64,000 nt of DNA from Candidatus Moraniibacteriota bacterium. Lineage in GTDB: Bacteria; Patescibacteriota; Minisyncoccia; Moranbacterales; GWC2-37-73. Below, piece by piece: positions 29,206 through 39,378 of this stretch (positions are counted from its first letter, which is position 1; each line of letters starts with the position of its first letter). The notes under the pieces were generated by a model, which was given only the letters and a program-made list of their open reading frames with translations, did not search any database and had not been told where the DNA came from. The stretch covers positions 475-64,474 of the forward strand of contig DAIUDF010000003.1 in the NCBI GenBank assembly GCA_036845785.1, written 5' to 3'. The translations under genes and the position numbers were made by a program.

Positions 29206-29457
29206 TCATATTAGTTCTATGATTTCTTCATCTTCAGAAATAGGTATCAGATCTCCGTTTGTTCCTATAGCTGTAAGCAAACGAAGTTTTTTTAGTTCCC
29301 CCATGGTTATTTTTTCATTTTTTGTTTCTTCAAAATGATTTGCCAGCGTTTGCAAACTTATCACAGTACGTTCCAGTTTAGTAAAAAATGGTGTAATTTC
29401 TTTTGCAGAACTTTTTAGTACAAACTTCTTACCAGGATCTAGATTTTTAAACAACAT
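29206..29457 (-). CDS. Hypothetical 83-aa protein. It is the only minus-strand gene in this stretch and has a perfect AAGGAGG SD.
   Basis: ORF from the track. The reverse complement upstream reads aaaaggaggataaataatc-ATG. Confidence 0.4.
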   Translation of the reverse strand: MLFKNLDPGKKFVLKSSAKEITPFFTKLERTVISLQTLANHFEETKNEKITMGELKKLRLLTAIGTNGDLIPISEDEEIIELI

Positions 29458-29540
29458 GATTATTTATCCTCCTTTTAGCTCACCTGAGCCATTAATTTTT
29501 TTGGAACTATAACCTACCATTATACTCTAAAATAACCAAA

Positions 29541-30272
29541 ATGTCAAGTACTCTAATTGAAGTCAAAAATCTTTGCAAGACATATATAAATGACGAAGTG
29601 GAAACTCCGGTTCTTCATGAAATAAATTTTAAGATAGAAAAAGGCGAATTTGTTTCCATCATGGGTCCGTCAGGATCGGGAAAATCAACCCTGATGCAGA
29701 TTTTGGGCATGCTTGACCGCGCCTCTTGCGGAGAATATCTTTTTGAAGGAAAAAATATCGATAAATATGCTGATGACGAACTGGCGAAACTCCGAAACAA
29801 AAAAATCGGATTTGTTTTCCAGTCTTTCAATTTGCTTCCCAAAACTTCAGTATTTGAAAACGCGGAACTCCCGCTTTTGTATGACGAAGACCACTTGGAA
29901 ATAAACAACAAGGAAAAAGTTGACAAAGCGCTGAAAGCTGTCGGCATGGAGCACAGAGCAACCTATCTTTCCAACCAGCTTTCCGGCGGGGAAAAACAGC
30001 GCGTGGCGATTGCCCGGGCGCTGGTCAATGATCCGGAAATTATTTTTGCCGACGAACCGACTGGAAATCTGGATTCAAAATCAGGCTTGGCTGTGATGAA
30101 AATTTTGCAAGAGCTGAACAATCACGGACACACAATTATTTTGGTCACGCATGAAACTTATACTGCTAAGCACGCCAAAAGAATTTTGCAAATGAAAGAC
30201 GGCCACATTGTTTCCGATGAACCGGTTAAAGACAGATTGATCGCTGATGGAGAAGGAGCGCTGTTAAAATAG
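29541..30272 (+). CDS. ABC transporter ATP-binding protein (MacB/LolD/FtsE-like)
   Basis: Walker [10 protein letters not shown], signature LSGGEKQR and Walker B IIFADEPT. Confidence 0.9.
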   Translation: MSSTLIEVKNLCKTYINDEVETPVLHEINFKIEKGEFVSIMGPSGSGKSTLMQILGMLDRASCGEYLFEGKNIDKYADDELAKLRNKKIGFVFQSFNLLPKTSVFENAELPLLYDEDHLEINNKEKVDKALKAVGMEHRATYLSNQLSGGEKQRVAIARALVNDPEIIFADEPTGNLDSKSGLAVMKILQELNNHGHTIILVTHETYTAKHAKRILQMKDGHIVSDEPVKDRLIADGEGALLK

Positions 30273-30350
30273 TATAATGTATCATGTAGTATGTATAAAG
30301 TATAAGAAAAATTTCATACACAATACTATATATAAAATACGAGGAAAATT

Positions 30351-31172
30351 ATGCTAAAAAAATCTAAAAAAATAGCCATTTTTGAAGGCAGAAAAATCCG
30401 CAGGATTTGGGATGAAGAAAAGGAGAAATGGTATTTTAGCGTGGTTGACGTTATCGCGGCTCTTACAGATAGTGTTAATCCGCGAGATTATTGGTTTAAA
30501 ATGAAAATTAGAGTAAAAACAGAAGAGAGAGCTGAGTTGTCGACATTTTGTCGACAACTGAAAATGCGATCTGCTGATGGTAAGTTATACTTAACGGATA
30601 CTGCTGATACGGAGGGGCTATTCCGTATTATTCAATCAATCCCATCTTCTAAAGCCGAACCATTTAAAATATGGTTAGCGCGTGTTGGCTATGAAAGAGT
30701 TCAGGAAATTTCTGATCCGGAAAAAGGATTGAATCGCGCGCGTGAAAATTGGCAAAGATTAGGCAGGAGCAAAGAATGGATCCAGCAAAGAATGATGGGG
30801 CAAGAAATACGCAACAAGCTGACAGATTATTGGAAGAATAATGAAGTCAAGGAAAAAGATGAGTATGCTATTCTGACCAATATCATCCATCAGGAATGGA
30901 GCGACTTGACAGTAAAGGAGCATAAAAATCTAAAAAATTTGAAAACAGAAAATCTGCGCGACCACATGTCTGACGCGGAATTGGTTTTCACGGCTTTGGC
31001 GGAACTTTCTACACGGCAGATTGCGGAAACAATGGAAACCAAGGGTTTTGAAGAAAATAAAGTTCCGGCAAAAAAGGGCGGGCGAATTGCTAAAAATGCT
31101 AGAAAAGAATTGGAACAAAAAACCGGCAAAAGAATCGTAAATGGTGGAAATTTTAAAATGATTGGAAAATAA
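30351..31172 (+). CDS. Bro-N domain protein (phage antirepressor / DinD-like)
   Basis: N-terminal FEGRKIRRIWDEEKEKWYFSVVDVIAAL…DYW matches the Bro-N pattern, and the C-terminal half resembles DinD. It has a GAGGA SD. Confidence 0.6.
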   Translation: MLKKSKKIAIFEGRKIRRIWDEEKEKWYFSVVDVIAALTDSVNPRDYWFKMKIRVKTEERAELSTFCRQLKMRSADGKLYLTDTADTEGLFRIIQSIPSSKAEPFKIWLARVGYERVQEISDPEKGLNRARENWQRLGRSKEWIQQRMMGQEIRNKLTDYWKNNEVKEKDEYAILTNIIHQEWSDLTVKEHKNLKNLKTENLRDHMSDAELVFTALAELSTRQIAETMETKGFEENKVPAKKGGRIAKNARKELEQKTGKRIVNGGNFKMIGK

Positions 31173-31210
31173 AAAATTTACAAAAATACTTTTTTAATAA
31201 TTAGAAATAT

Positions 31211-33190
31211 ATGTCTATAGAAAATCCGAATTTTCTCAAACAAAAATATAACCTGCACAACGCGCCGGAAGTAAAAAAATCTGCTGAGCGCGCAGAAACA
31301 AAAACCGGAAAAAAAATTCTGCAAAATCCGGATGCTCAAATTCAGAATTATCTTGACCGTCTGGAAAAGCTAATTCTGGATCCGGATAAAACCCAAAAAA
31401 GAAAAATACTGAATGGCGAGCAGCGCCCCCGCGCTCTTTTGATGCTCCGTGAAATGGTCATGAACAAATACGTTCGCCAGAACAAGGAAAAAATGGCCGA
31501 AGGCGCGGCCAGAGTAGAAGAGCGCGCCGCCAGAGAAATGGGCATGGAAATAGAATATAACAATGAGGCTTTAGAACAAAGAGGCGACATTGCAGTCACG
31601 GATCTGGAAAAATCTTTGGATCAATGGATTTCCTATCTTTCTGATATGAATGAACCGTATCCTACTTGGTTCCGCTATTATGTTTTTCGTAATATTCTTG
31701 ATCTGGGGGACTATGACAAAGACAAGGGTGAATTTACCAAGCGTTCACAGGGAAGCACCCGTCTTTTTCCAGACATTGACCGTGGAGCTTTAGCTTATGT
31801 AGAGCAGATGGTTGAAGCTTCCAAGAATCCTAAAATATTGGAACAAATCCAGAAAGCGCAGCAAGCCGCAGCCAACAACAATATTCCAGCGGATCAGCTT
31901 ATTACCAAAGAAAAAGCCAATAATTTTGCCAAGCTATCTTTTGCCAAACAATATGCCGAAGCGATCAAGCAAGCCGGGGAAATCACTCCCGAAATGAAAA
32001 AAGAAACCAGGGGCAAATGGATAAAATATCAGCAAGGAACTGACCCAACCGCCCTTTGGGCATCACTGCAAAACAAAGGCACAGCTTGGTGCACTAAAGG
32101 CTTTGCCACGGCTGATACCCAGCTTAAAGGCGGAGATTTTTTTGTCTATTACACATTAGATAGCCAAGGCAAGCCGACTATTCCGAGAATTGCTATCAGA
32201 ATGGACGGCAGAAACAATCAGCAATCAATCGGCGAAATCAGAGGCGTGGCTGACAACGACCAAAATCTGGAAGGCAATATGGCAGAAATTGCGGAAGAAA
32301 AAGCCAAAAAACTTAATGGTTACGAAAGCTATCAGAAAAAATACGCTGATATGAAACTTCTGACTAAAATAGACAAAAAGATAAAAAAGCAAGAATCTTT
32401 AACTAAAGATGAACTTGTTTTTCTCTATGAAATAGACAATCAAATTGACAGCTTTGGCTATCAAAGAGACCTACGCATTGCAGAAATCCGCAAAGCCCGA
32501 AATGTCAAAGAAGACGCACAGATTGTTTTGGAATGCACACCCGAAGAAATTGCGCAAAGCGTTAATGAAATAGATGAAAATACCAAAGCCTATATCGGGG
32601 AATTAGATTCAAATATTTTTCAGTTAATTCAGAAATATAATATTGAACACATTTATACCAAATTTCCCGAAGGAAAAATTCAAACTTGGGAAATGGAGCT
32701 AGGCGGCAGAACAAAAGAAGAAATCCTGAAGGAACTTGAAAAAAGAGAAAAAGCACAAGGTGACGAAAAAATATATATTTATAATTATGCTAAAGACATG
32801 CTGAAAAGACCGGAATTTTTCGCTTCAGAAAAAAATGAGCAGGGAAAATTTATTAAAGTCAAGGTAGGCGATCTGGGTTTTTCTAGCGGAGCAACCACTC
32901 AAGAAATTTATAATAAAGCCGAGGAGCTCGGATTGGAACTTTGTCCGCCGGAAACTGGACCGACAATAAGACTGGATTATGAAAAAATATTCGGAAAAGA
33001 ACAGCCCAAAGGAGAATATTTGAGAATTGCAATGAAGCAGATTCTCGGCTCTGGCGGCGACCCGCGCGTGTTCTATGTGCTTCGGTATGATGACGACGAG
33101 TCTTGGTTGGACAGCACTTGGGCGGAGCCTGACTACGAGTGGAATGCTGACGATGACTTTGTCTTCCGTTTTCGCAAATTTGAAATTTAG
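31211..33190 (+). CDS. Hypothetical 659-aa protein. It has no signal peptide or TM helix, is highly charged, and shows no recognisable catalytic motif.
   Basis: ORF from the track. It is inserted between the ABC ATPase and its permeases. Confidence 0.5.
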   Translation: MSIENPNFLKQKYNLHNAPEVKKSAERAETKTGKKILQNPDAQIQNYLDRLEKLILDPDKTQKRKILNGEQRPRALLMLREMVMNKYVRQNKEKMAEGAARVEERAAREMGMEIEYNNEALEQRGDIAVTDLEKSLDQWISYLSDMNEPYPTWFRYYVFRNILDLGDYDKDKGEFTKRSQGSTRLFPDIDRGALAYVEQMVEASKNPKILEQIQKAQQAAANNNIPADQLITKEKANNFAKLSFAKQYAEAIKQAGEITPEMKKETRGKWIKYQQGTDPTALWASLQNKGTAWCTKGFATADTQLKGGDFFVYYTLDSQGKPTIPRIAIRMDGRNNQQSIGEIRGVADNDQNLEGNMAEIAEEKAKKLNGYESYQKKYADMKLLTKIDKKIKKQESLTKDELVFLYEIDNQIDSFGYQRDLRIAEIRKARNVKEDAQIVLECTPEEIAQSVNEIDENTKAYIGELDSNIFQLIQKYNIEHIYTKFPEGKIQTWEMELGGRTKEEILKELEKREKAQGDEKIYIYNYAKDMLKRPEFFASEKNEQGKFIKVKVGDLGFSSGATTQEIYNKAEELGLELCPPETGPTIRLDYEKIFGKEQPKGEYLRIAMKQILGSGGDPRVFYVLRYDDDESWLDSTWAEPDYEWNADDDFVFRFRKFEI

Positions 33191-33262
33191 ATTTTTTGTA
33201 TCTTGGATTTTTTTGAATTTTTGAGGTTTTGAAACTTTGATTTTTAATTTTTTTATTTTTTT

Positions 33263-34504
33263 ATGAAATTAAGTAGTCCGATTAAAATTTCATACAAAAA
33301 CCTGATGGCGGCGAAATTCCGCTCGTTTTTAACCATCCTTGGAATCATCATCGGCATTGCTTCAGTGATTATTGTCATGGCGATCGGCGCCAGCGCGCAG
33401 CAGCTTATTGTCGACCAAGTCAACGGAATGGGAACAAATCTGGTTGGAATTTTGCCGGGAGCTTCAGATGAAAAAGGCCCGCCGGCATCCGTGATGGGGA
33501 TTGTGACGACAACGCTCAAAACTTCAGATTTGGATGCGATAATGATCAAAAAAAATGTGCCGAATGCCATTGCAGCTTCGGGATATGTCAGCGGAGTGGC
33601 TACGGCTGAATATAAGAGTAATTCTTCCCAGAGCAATTTTCAGGGAGTTTCGGCCGGCTTTATCGATGTTGAAAGCAATAAATTGCAAAGCGGAAGATTT
33701 TTTACCAACGAAGAAGATGCGGGCCTTTCCCGAGTGGCGGTTATCGGTTCTAAAAAAGCAGCAGATCTTTTTGGCAGCGAGGATCCGATTGGAAAAGTTT
33801 TTTCCCTGAAGGACACTAATTTTGTCGTGATTGGAATTTTTGAAAAAAAAGGATCTTCGGGATTTTCCAATGTTGATGAAATGATCTATGTTCCTCTTCA
33901 GACCGCCCAGAAAATAATGCTGGGAATAAATTATCTTAATTTTGCCCGCGTAAAAATAGATTCTTTTGAAAATATGGATCGGGCGGCCGCTGACATAAAA
34001 TATACGATCAGGATGAAGCATAACATTAAAAATTCATCAGATGATGATTTTTCTGTCCGAAATACGGCGCAAGCCTTGGAGATGATAAATAAAATCACTA
34101 ATGTTTTGAAATATTTTCTGGCCGGCATTGCCGGAATCTCTCTTCTGGTTGGTGGCATTGGAATTATGAATATTATGCTTATTTCAGTTAACCAGAGAAT
34201 CCGCGAAGTAGGCCTGCGAAAAGCGGTCGGCGCCAGGACTAGACATATCATAGTTCAATTTTTGGCCGAATCTGTTTTTATTACACTAGTCGGAGGAATA
34301 ATAGGCATAATAGTCGGAATTCTAGTTTCGTTTTTAGCTTCAGTTATAATCAATTATTTGGGATATTCTTGGCAATTTTTAGTATCATTAAGTTCAATCC
34401 TTGTCGGGACATCCATTTCGGTTTTGATTGGAATTATTTTCGGTATTTATCCTGCCCGCAAAGCTTCGCAAATTAGCCCGATGGAGGCATTAAGATATGA
34501 ATAG
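33263..34504 (+). CDS. ABC transporter permease (MacB-like, FtsX family with large periplasmic domain)
   Basis: A 4-TM topology with an N-terminal TM helix, a ~220-aa extracytoplasmic domain and a C-terminal FtsX domain. Confidence 0.8.
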   Translation: MKLSSPIKISYKNLMAAKFRSFLTILGIIIGIASVIIVMAIGASAQQLIVDQVNGMGTNLVGILPGASDEKGPPASVMGIVTTTLKTSDLDAIMIKKNVPNAIAASGYVSGVATAEYKSNSSQSNFQGVSAGFIDVESNKLQSGRFFTNEEDAGLSRVAVIGSKKAADLFGSEDPIGKVFSLKDTNFVVIGIFEKKGSSGFSNVDEMIYVPLQTAQKIMLGINYLNFARVKIDSFENMDRAAADIKYTIRMKHNIKNSSDDDFSVRNTAQALEMINKITNVLKYFLAGIAGISLLVGGIGIMNIMLISVNQRIREVGLRKAVGARTRHIIVQFLAESVFITLVGGIIGIIVGILVSFLASVIINYLGYSWQFLVSLSSILVGTSISVLIGIIFGIYPARKASQISPMEALRYE

Positions 34505-34510
34505 TGTATA

Positions 34511-34582
34511 TAGTATCTTGCATCTTGTATATCGTATAAATACGAAATACTAAATACGAAATACCAAATACCAAATACAAAA
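34511..34582. repeat. AAATACN heptamer array ending at the start codon of the next gene
   Basis: agtatct…gtatatcgtat aaatacg aaatact aaatacg aaatacc aaatacc aaataca. It is paralogous to 48160-48231. Confidence 0.6.
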
Positions 34583-35836
34583 ATGAGGCTATTATTTCTC
34601 TCAATTAAATTAGCTGTCAGGAATTTACGGAACAACAAGGGCCGGACTGTTTTAACATTGGTCGGGGTTGTGATTGGAATTATGTCGGTTATCGTGGTTA
34701 ACTCAAGCGGGGAAGGAGTAAAAAAATACATAATGGGGCAGTTTGACAGCTATGGTAATGATTTAATCCAGATTGAGACGAAGGTTCCGGCAACATCTCA
34801 TACGTCATCTGAAAACGCAATGGGCCAGGCGCAGGGAATCCAAATCACAACACTGAAAGTCGCAGATGGAGAGGAAATTGCAAAACTTCCAAATGTCTCC
34901 GGCTATGCGGCCGGGACAATGGGGCAGGAAATCGTTTCCTATAAAGGCGAAAATAAGAGAGCTATGCTTTTTGGCAACGGCGCGGATTATCCCTTGATTG
35001 ATACCGGCATAAAAGTTTCAGAAGGAACATTTTATACTGAAAGCGATGACAATAGCTTGGCGCAAGTTGTTGTGATAGGCCAGGACATAAAAGACACTCT
35101 TTTTAAAAATGAAAATCCCGTTGGCAAAAATATAAAAATAAAGGGCATGAATTTTAAGGTTATTGGTCTTTTAGACAAAAGAGGGACGGTTTCATTTTTC
35201 AATTATGACGAACTCATTTATTTGCCGGTTAAGACTTTAGAGAAAAAAATTCTCGGAATTGATTATGTCAGATATATTTCAGTGAAAGTCAAAGATGTCA
35301 ATAAAATTGATGTGACTGCGGCTGATATTACCGATCTCTTGAAAAAGCTGCACAGGACTCCAAAAGCGGAGCAGGAGGATTTTTCGGTTATGACAATGCA
35401 GGAAGCGCAGAAAATTATTGATGATGTTTTCAATGTTATTACAATTTTACTTCTAGCTCTGACTTCAATTTCGTTGGTTGTCGGCGGTGTGGGAATCATG
35501 AATATTATGTATGTAGCCGTGGTTGAAAGGACTTTTGAAATTGGACTTCGCAAAGCAGTTGGCGCCAAGGAAAAAGATATCAAAAATCAGTTTCTTTTTG
35601 AAGCCGTTATTCTGACATCTCTCGGCGGCATTGTTGGTATTGTCTTGGGATTTATTTCGAACCTCATATTCTCATATGTTCTGAGCCTATTTGGCTTTGC
35701 ACTCGAACTTTCATTGACGCTGAATTCCGTTCTGCTGGGAGTCGGATTTTCCATGGCCACAGGCATAATATTCGGCTATTATCCGGCCTGGAAAGCATCT
35801 AAACTTTCTCCCATGGAGGCTTTACGTAAGGAATAA
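34583..35836 (+). CDS. ABC transporter permease (second MacB-like/FtsX family subunit)
   Basis: Same architecture as 33263..34504. Confidence 0.8.
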   Translation: MRLLFLSIKLAVRNLRNNKGRTVLTLVGVVIGIMSVIVVNSSGEGVKKYIMGQFDSYGNDLIQIETKVPATSHTSSENAMGQAQGIQITTLKVADGEEIAKLPNVSGYAAGTMGQEIVSYKGENKRAMLFGNGADYPLIDTGIKVSEGTFYTESDDNSLAQVVVIGQDIKDTLFKNENPVGKNIKIKGMNFKVIGLLDKRGTVSFFNYDELIYLPVKTLEKKILGIDYVRYISVKVKDVNKIDVTAADITDLLKKLHRTPKAEQEDFSVMTMQEAQKIIDDVFNVITILLLALTSISLVVGGVGIMNIMYVAVVERTFEIGLRKAVGAKEKDIKNQFLFEAVILTSLGGIVGIVLGFISNLIFSYVLSLFGFALELSLTLNSVLLGVGFSMATGIIFGYYPAWKASKLSPMEALRKE

Positions 35837-35982
35837 TCAGCAAAAATTATGCAATAATTCGAAAAACCCCGCAAGTTGTGGGTTTTTTGCTAATGTGCTA
35901 GTTTAAAAATACAATTTAACCCTTAAAATAAGCCTATGCCCGCAGTTGTCGTGTTGGCGGACAGGGAAAATTCTAAAAAGCG

Positions 35983-36480
35983 ATGTTGGAAATAAAAAAA
36001 TTTTTTAGCCTGGATGACAAACTGAAAAAGTTTTTTAGCATGAGCGACAAGCTAAAAGAATATGTGGATGAGAAAATAAAAAAAGCAAACAAAATATTAA
36101 AAAATGCATTGGAGAATTTGAAACAAAATAAATTGTTCAAATCCGTTTTTTCCGGAGCGGATGCAGAAACAAAAAACGAAGAACCGGAAAAAAATATTGC
36201 AGAACCGATTTTGGAACCGGTAGAAAGTCCGGAAGATATTGAAAAAAAGAAAAAACGCGAAGTTGTCTTTGAATTGGCGCTGTTCTTGATTCTGGGAATT
36301 TTACTAGGCATTACCATAAAAACCGAGGCCGTGAAGAGAATAACCATAGGTTTTAATGATTATAAAATAGTTGATGGACAAAACGGATATAACCTTGAAG
36401 AAATAGAAAAAGTTTTGGAACAAAAAGCAACAACCGCGCAAGATATGCAACAATCAGTTGGAGCTCAAACTCAACAATAA
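35983..36480 (+). CDS. Hypothetical membrane-anchored protein
   Basis: A coiled-coil N-terminus and one TM helix (FELALFLILGILLGITI). Confidence 0.35.
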   Translation: MLEIKKFFSLDDKLKKFFSMSDKLKEYVDEKIKKANKILKNALENLKQNKLFKSVFSGADAETKNEEPEKNIAEPILEPVESPEDIEKKKKREVVFELALFLILGILLGITIKTEAVKRITIGFNDYKIVDGQNGYNLEEIEKVLEQKATTAQDMQQSVGAQTQQ

Positions 36481-36501
36481 TAAATTAATAAAATTAATCT
36501 T

Positions 36502-37641
36502 ATGACAAAAGAAAAAAAGACCGAAGAAATTCTAATTGAAGAGGAGAGAGCCAGAATAGAATCTCTGATTACAGAGAAACAGCCTGACGCGGAAGCGGAA
36601 AATTCTCCTGAAAATATTGAAAAAGAAAAAGACAAAAAAATTAAAAACCTGATTTCCGCCGTAATTCTCTTGGCAGGCTTGTTTGTGGGAAGCTTGTTTG
36701 TTGATGTCATCCAATTAGTCAAAGGCGGCGGATTTTCCCAGCGCGCTTTGGACAAGACGGATGTTTTTGCATCAAACGGCAAGACCTGGGTGGCTTTTTC
36801 AGATCCAATCGTAACTGTAGAAGTTATCAATGATGAGTCTTGCGGAGAAGCTTGTTCTCCTGATGAAGTTCTTTTGGGACTTAAACAGGCAATTCCAACG
36901 ATGTTGACAAAGAAAGTTGACGCAACTTCAGAGCAAGGCAAAAAACTGGTGGCTCAATTCTCAGTTAAAACTATTCCAACCTTTGTTTTCTCAAAAGAAT
37001 TTGAAAAATCGCCTATTTTTGCCAATGCGCAGCCTTTTCTAGACAAACAGGGCGACAAGTATGCAATCAAAAGCGCGGAAGCCGGATTTCCAATCGGAAA
37101 ATATATTGCAATCCCAAGTATAAACGACAACGACATAAAAATCGGTTCTAGCGAAGCTAAAATAAAAGTTGTGGAATTTTCTGATTTTTCCAACCCAACT
37201 GACGCGCAAACCTACAAAAATGTCATTGCTCCTATGCTCAAGGATTATGTGGATAATGTGCAGGTAATTTTCAAAAACTATTTTGCTTCAACTTCTACGC
37301 AGGCCCTAAGCGCCGCCTTGGCGAGCGAATGTGCCAATGAACAAGGAAAATTCGTGCCTTTCGCCGAGAAACTATACAGCGCGCAAACAACTTGGTCAAA
37401 AGTCAAAGACCCAAGCAATATTTTTAATGGCTATGCTTCTTCGCTTGGTTTAAATTATGCGGACTTCAGCAAGTGCCTTAAGGACAAGAAATATCAGGAC
37501 AAAGTCAATCAATCGCTGAAAGAAGGGCAGGATTTCGGCATCAGCGAAACAGTCGCCTTGTTTATTGGAAATGACTTTCAAAGCGGGGCAATCAAATATG
37601 ACGATATCAAAAAAATTATTAATGAACAACTGGCGAAATAG
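36502..37641 (+). CDS. Membrane-anchored protein with tandem thioredoxin-like/DsbA-like domains (the CxxC motif appears degenerate)
   Basis: TM helix and two DsbA-like repeats (…SCGEACSPDE… ; …ALASECANEQGKF…). Confidence 0.4.
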   Translation: MTKEKKTEEILIEEERARIESLITEKQPDAEAENSPENIEKEKDKKIKNLISAVILLAGLFVGSLFVDVIQLVKGGGFSQRALDKTDVFASNGKTWVAFSDPIVTVEVINDESCGEACSPDEVLLGLKQAIPTMLTKKVDATSEQGKKLVAQFSVKTIPTFVFSKEFEKSPIFANAQPFLDKQGDKYAIKSAEAGFPIGKYIAIPSINDNDIKIGSSEAKIKVVEFSDFSNPTDAQTYKNVIAPMLKDYVDNVQVIFKNYFASTSTQALSAALASECANEQGKFVPFAEKLYSAQTTWSKVKDPSNIFNGYASSLGLNYADFSKCLKDKKYQDKVNQSLKEGQDFGISETVALFIGNDFQSGAIKYDDIKKIINEQLAK

Positions 37642-37775
37642 CTTATAGCTCTATCGGGTGTCATAATACAAAAACAGGGATAAAACCCTGTTTTTGTATT
37701 TTTTGCAGCTGTTGACAAATAAGACAGGCATTGCTAATATAGTTAGGTTATCTAACAATTATATTTATTAACCAT

Positions 37776-38216
37776 ATGACAATAAGCGATTCTTTCGATG
37801 AAAAAGTTACATCGCTCATGTTCTTGATTGCGCGTAATTTAAAGAAAAAGTATCAAGAAGACGGAGAAATCGACGATGCTAGACATCTTTCTTTTGTTCA
37901 ACTTGAAGCTTTAAAATTTATTGGTGAGCAAAAAAATCCCCTAATGAAAGATGTTGCCAATCATCTTTCGATTGCGGCTCCTTCTCTGACACTGATAGTT
38001 GATGAATTGGAGAAAAAAAAGTTAATAAAAAGAGGTCTGTCGGAAAATGACCGCAGAGCAATTCTGATTTTTATAACCAAAACAGGAAAGGATATGTTAA
38101 ACAAAGTTTTGAAGATAAAAAGGGAACATATGCAGTATGTCATTAATAAACTGACAAAATGCGAGCAGAAAACATTGATCAAGATATTGGAAAAACTATC
38201 TTCTTCTGCGCAATAA
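37776..38216 (+). CDS. MarR family transcriptional regulator
   Basis: A winged-HTH MarR pattern (LSFVQLEALKFI…MKDVANHLSIAAPSLTLIVDELEKKKLIKR). It lies upstream of the RND pump. Confidence 0.8.
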   Translation: MTISDSFDEKVTSLMFLIARNLKKKYQEDGEIDDARHLSFVQLEALKFIGEQKNPLMKDVANHLSIAAPSLTLIVDELEKKKLIKRGLSENDRRAILIFITKTGKDMLNKVLKIKREHMQYVINKLTKCEQKTLIKILEKLSSSAQ

Positions 38217-38248
38217 CTAAAAAATTCAATAATTTAAATCTTATCATT

Positions 38249-39334
38249 ATGAATAAAGCCAAAAAAATCAATTTAACATTATTAATTATTTCAGTGGCAA
38301 TCATTTTTGCGGCAGCTTTTTGGTTTTCCAGAAAAGAATCTGCTTCAGCGGAAGATAAAACTGTTAAACCGCTCAGCGTGACGGTTCAAAGCGTTGCTGA
38401 CAGCGCATCTTTGGTGCAAAAAATCCAATACCCAGCTGTCACTGCCGGTGATCAGGAAGTTAATTTGACTGCGCAAACTTCAGGAACAATTACGAAATTG
38501 AATTTTGATTTGGGCAGCAAAGTATATCAGAACATGCAACTTGCCAAAATTGACAGCATCGGAAATTTCGGGGGTTTCGGAGAAAATAATTTGCAAAACA
38601 GTTCTATTCAAGCGTTGGAAATGGGTGTGAAATCAGCTGAAGAAAGCTATAAGATAGCCAAAGATAAATATAAAGAGGATGATTCTTACGCAAATAAAAA
38701 GGGCAAAAGTATAGCAAAAATTAGTTTAGAAATGGCTGAGGCCAATCTTGCGGGAGCTCTGGACACGCGTCTGGCTGTTTCTCCTATTTCAGGAACAATT
38801 ATTGAACGCTTTGTATCTCAGGGTGATTCGGTGGCTGTCGGACAAAAATTAGCCACCATTTCAAAAACCGGACTTACCAAAGTGAAATTTTTTGTTGACA
38901 AGGAAGAACTCTCGAATTTAAAAGCAGGTATGCCGATTGTGATAAATGAAGATGGAAATGAAATTTCTGGAACCATCAGCCGTATTTCTCCGCAAGCTGA
39001 TCCGACAACCAGAAGATTTTTGGTAGAAGCTAAACCGACAGGAAAAACCCCGCTTGTATTAGGCAGCGTGATTAACGTGTCTATTGAAATAACAAAAAAT
39101 CCGATATCGGGCGGAAATATAATTCTTCCACTTTCGGCAATCAGCATCGGACAGAATGAGAGCTATATTTTTATTGCCGAAAACAATAAATCTAAAAAAA
39201 TAAATATCGAAATCACGAAAGTCATCGGGGAATATGCGGAAATAAAAGTAACGCTTCCATCTGATGCGCAAATAATAATAGACGGAAGCAAACTGGTTAA
39301 AAATGAAGATGCAATAACAATCGATAATAAATAA
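38249..39334 (+). CDS. Efflux RND transporter periplasmic adaptor subunit
   Basis: TM helix followed by a membrane-fusion-protein fold. The ATG at 38249 is in frame with the track ORF 38159..39334. Confidence 0.75.
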   Translation: MNKAKKINLTLLIISVAIIFAAAFWFSRKESASAEDKTVKPLSVTVQSVADSASLVQKIQYPAVTAGDQEVNLTAQTSGTITKLNFDLGSKVYQNMQLAKIDSIGNFGGFGENNLQNSSIQALEMGVKSAEESYKIAKDKYKEDDSYANKKGKSIAKISLEMAEANLAGALDTRLAVSPISGTIIERFVSQGDSVAVGQKLATISKTGLTKVKFFVDKEELSNLKAGMPIVINEDGNEISGTISRISPQADPTTRRFLVEAKPTGKTPLVLGSVINVSIEITKNPISGGNIILPLSAISIGQNESYIFIAENNKSKKINIEITKVIGEYAEIKVTLPSDAQIIIDGSKLVKNEDAITIDNK

Positions 39335-39378
39335 TCAGCAATTCTTTTTAATAAACCGCACCGCTAAAAACAAACTTT

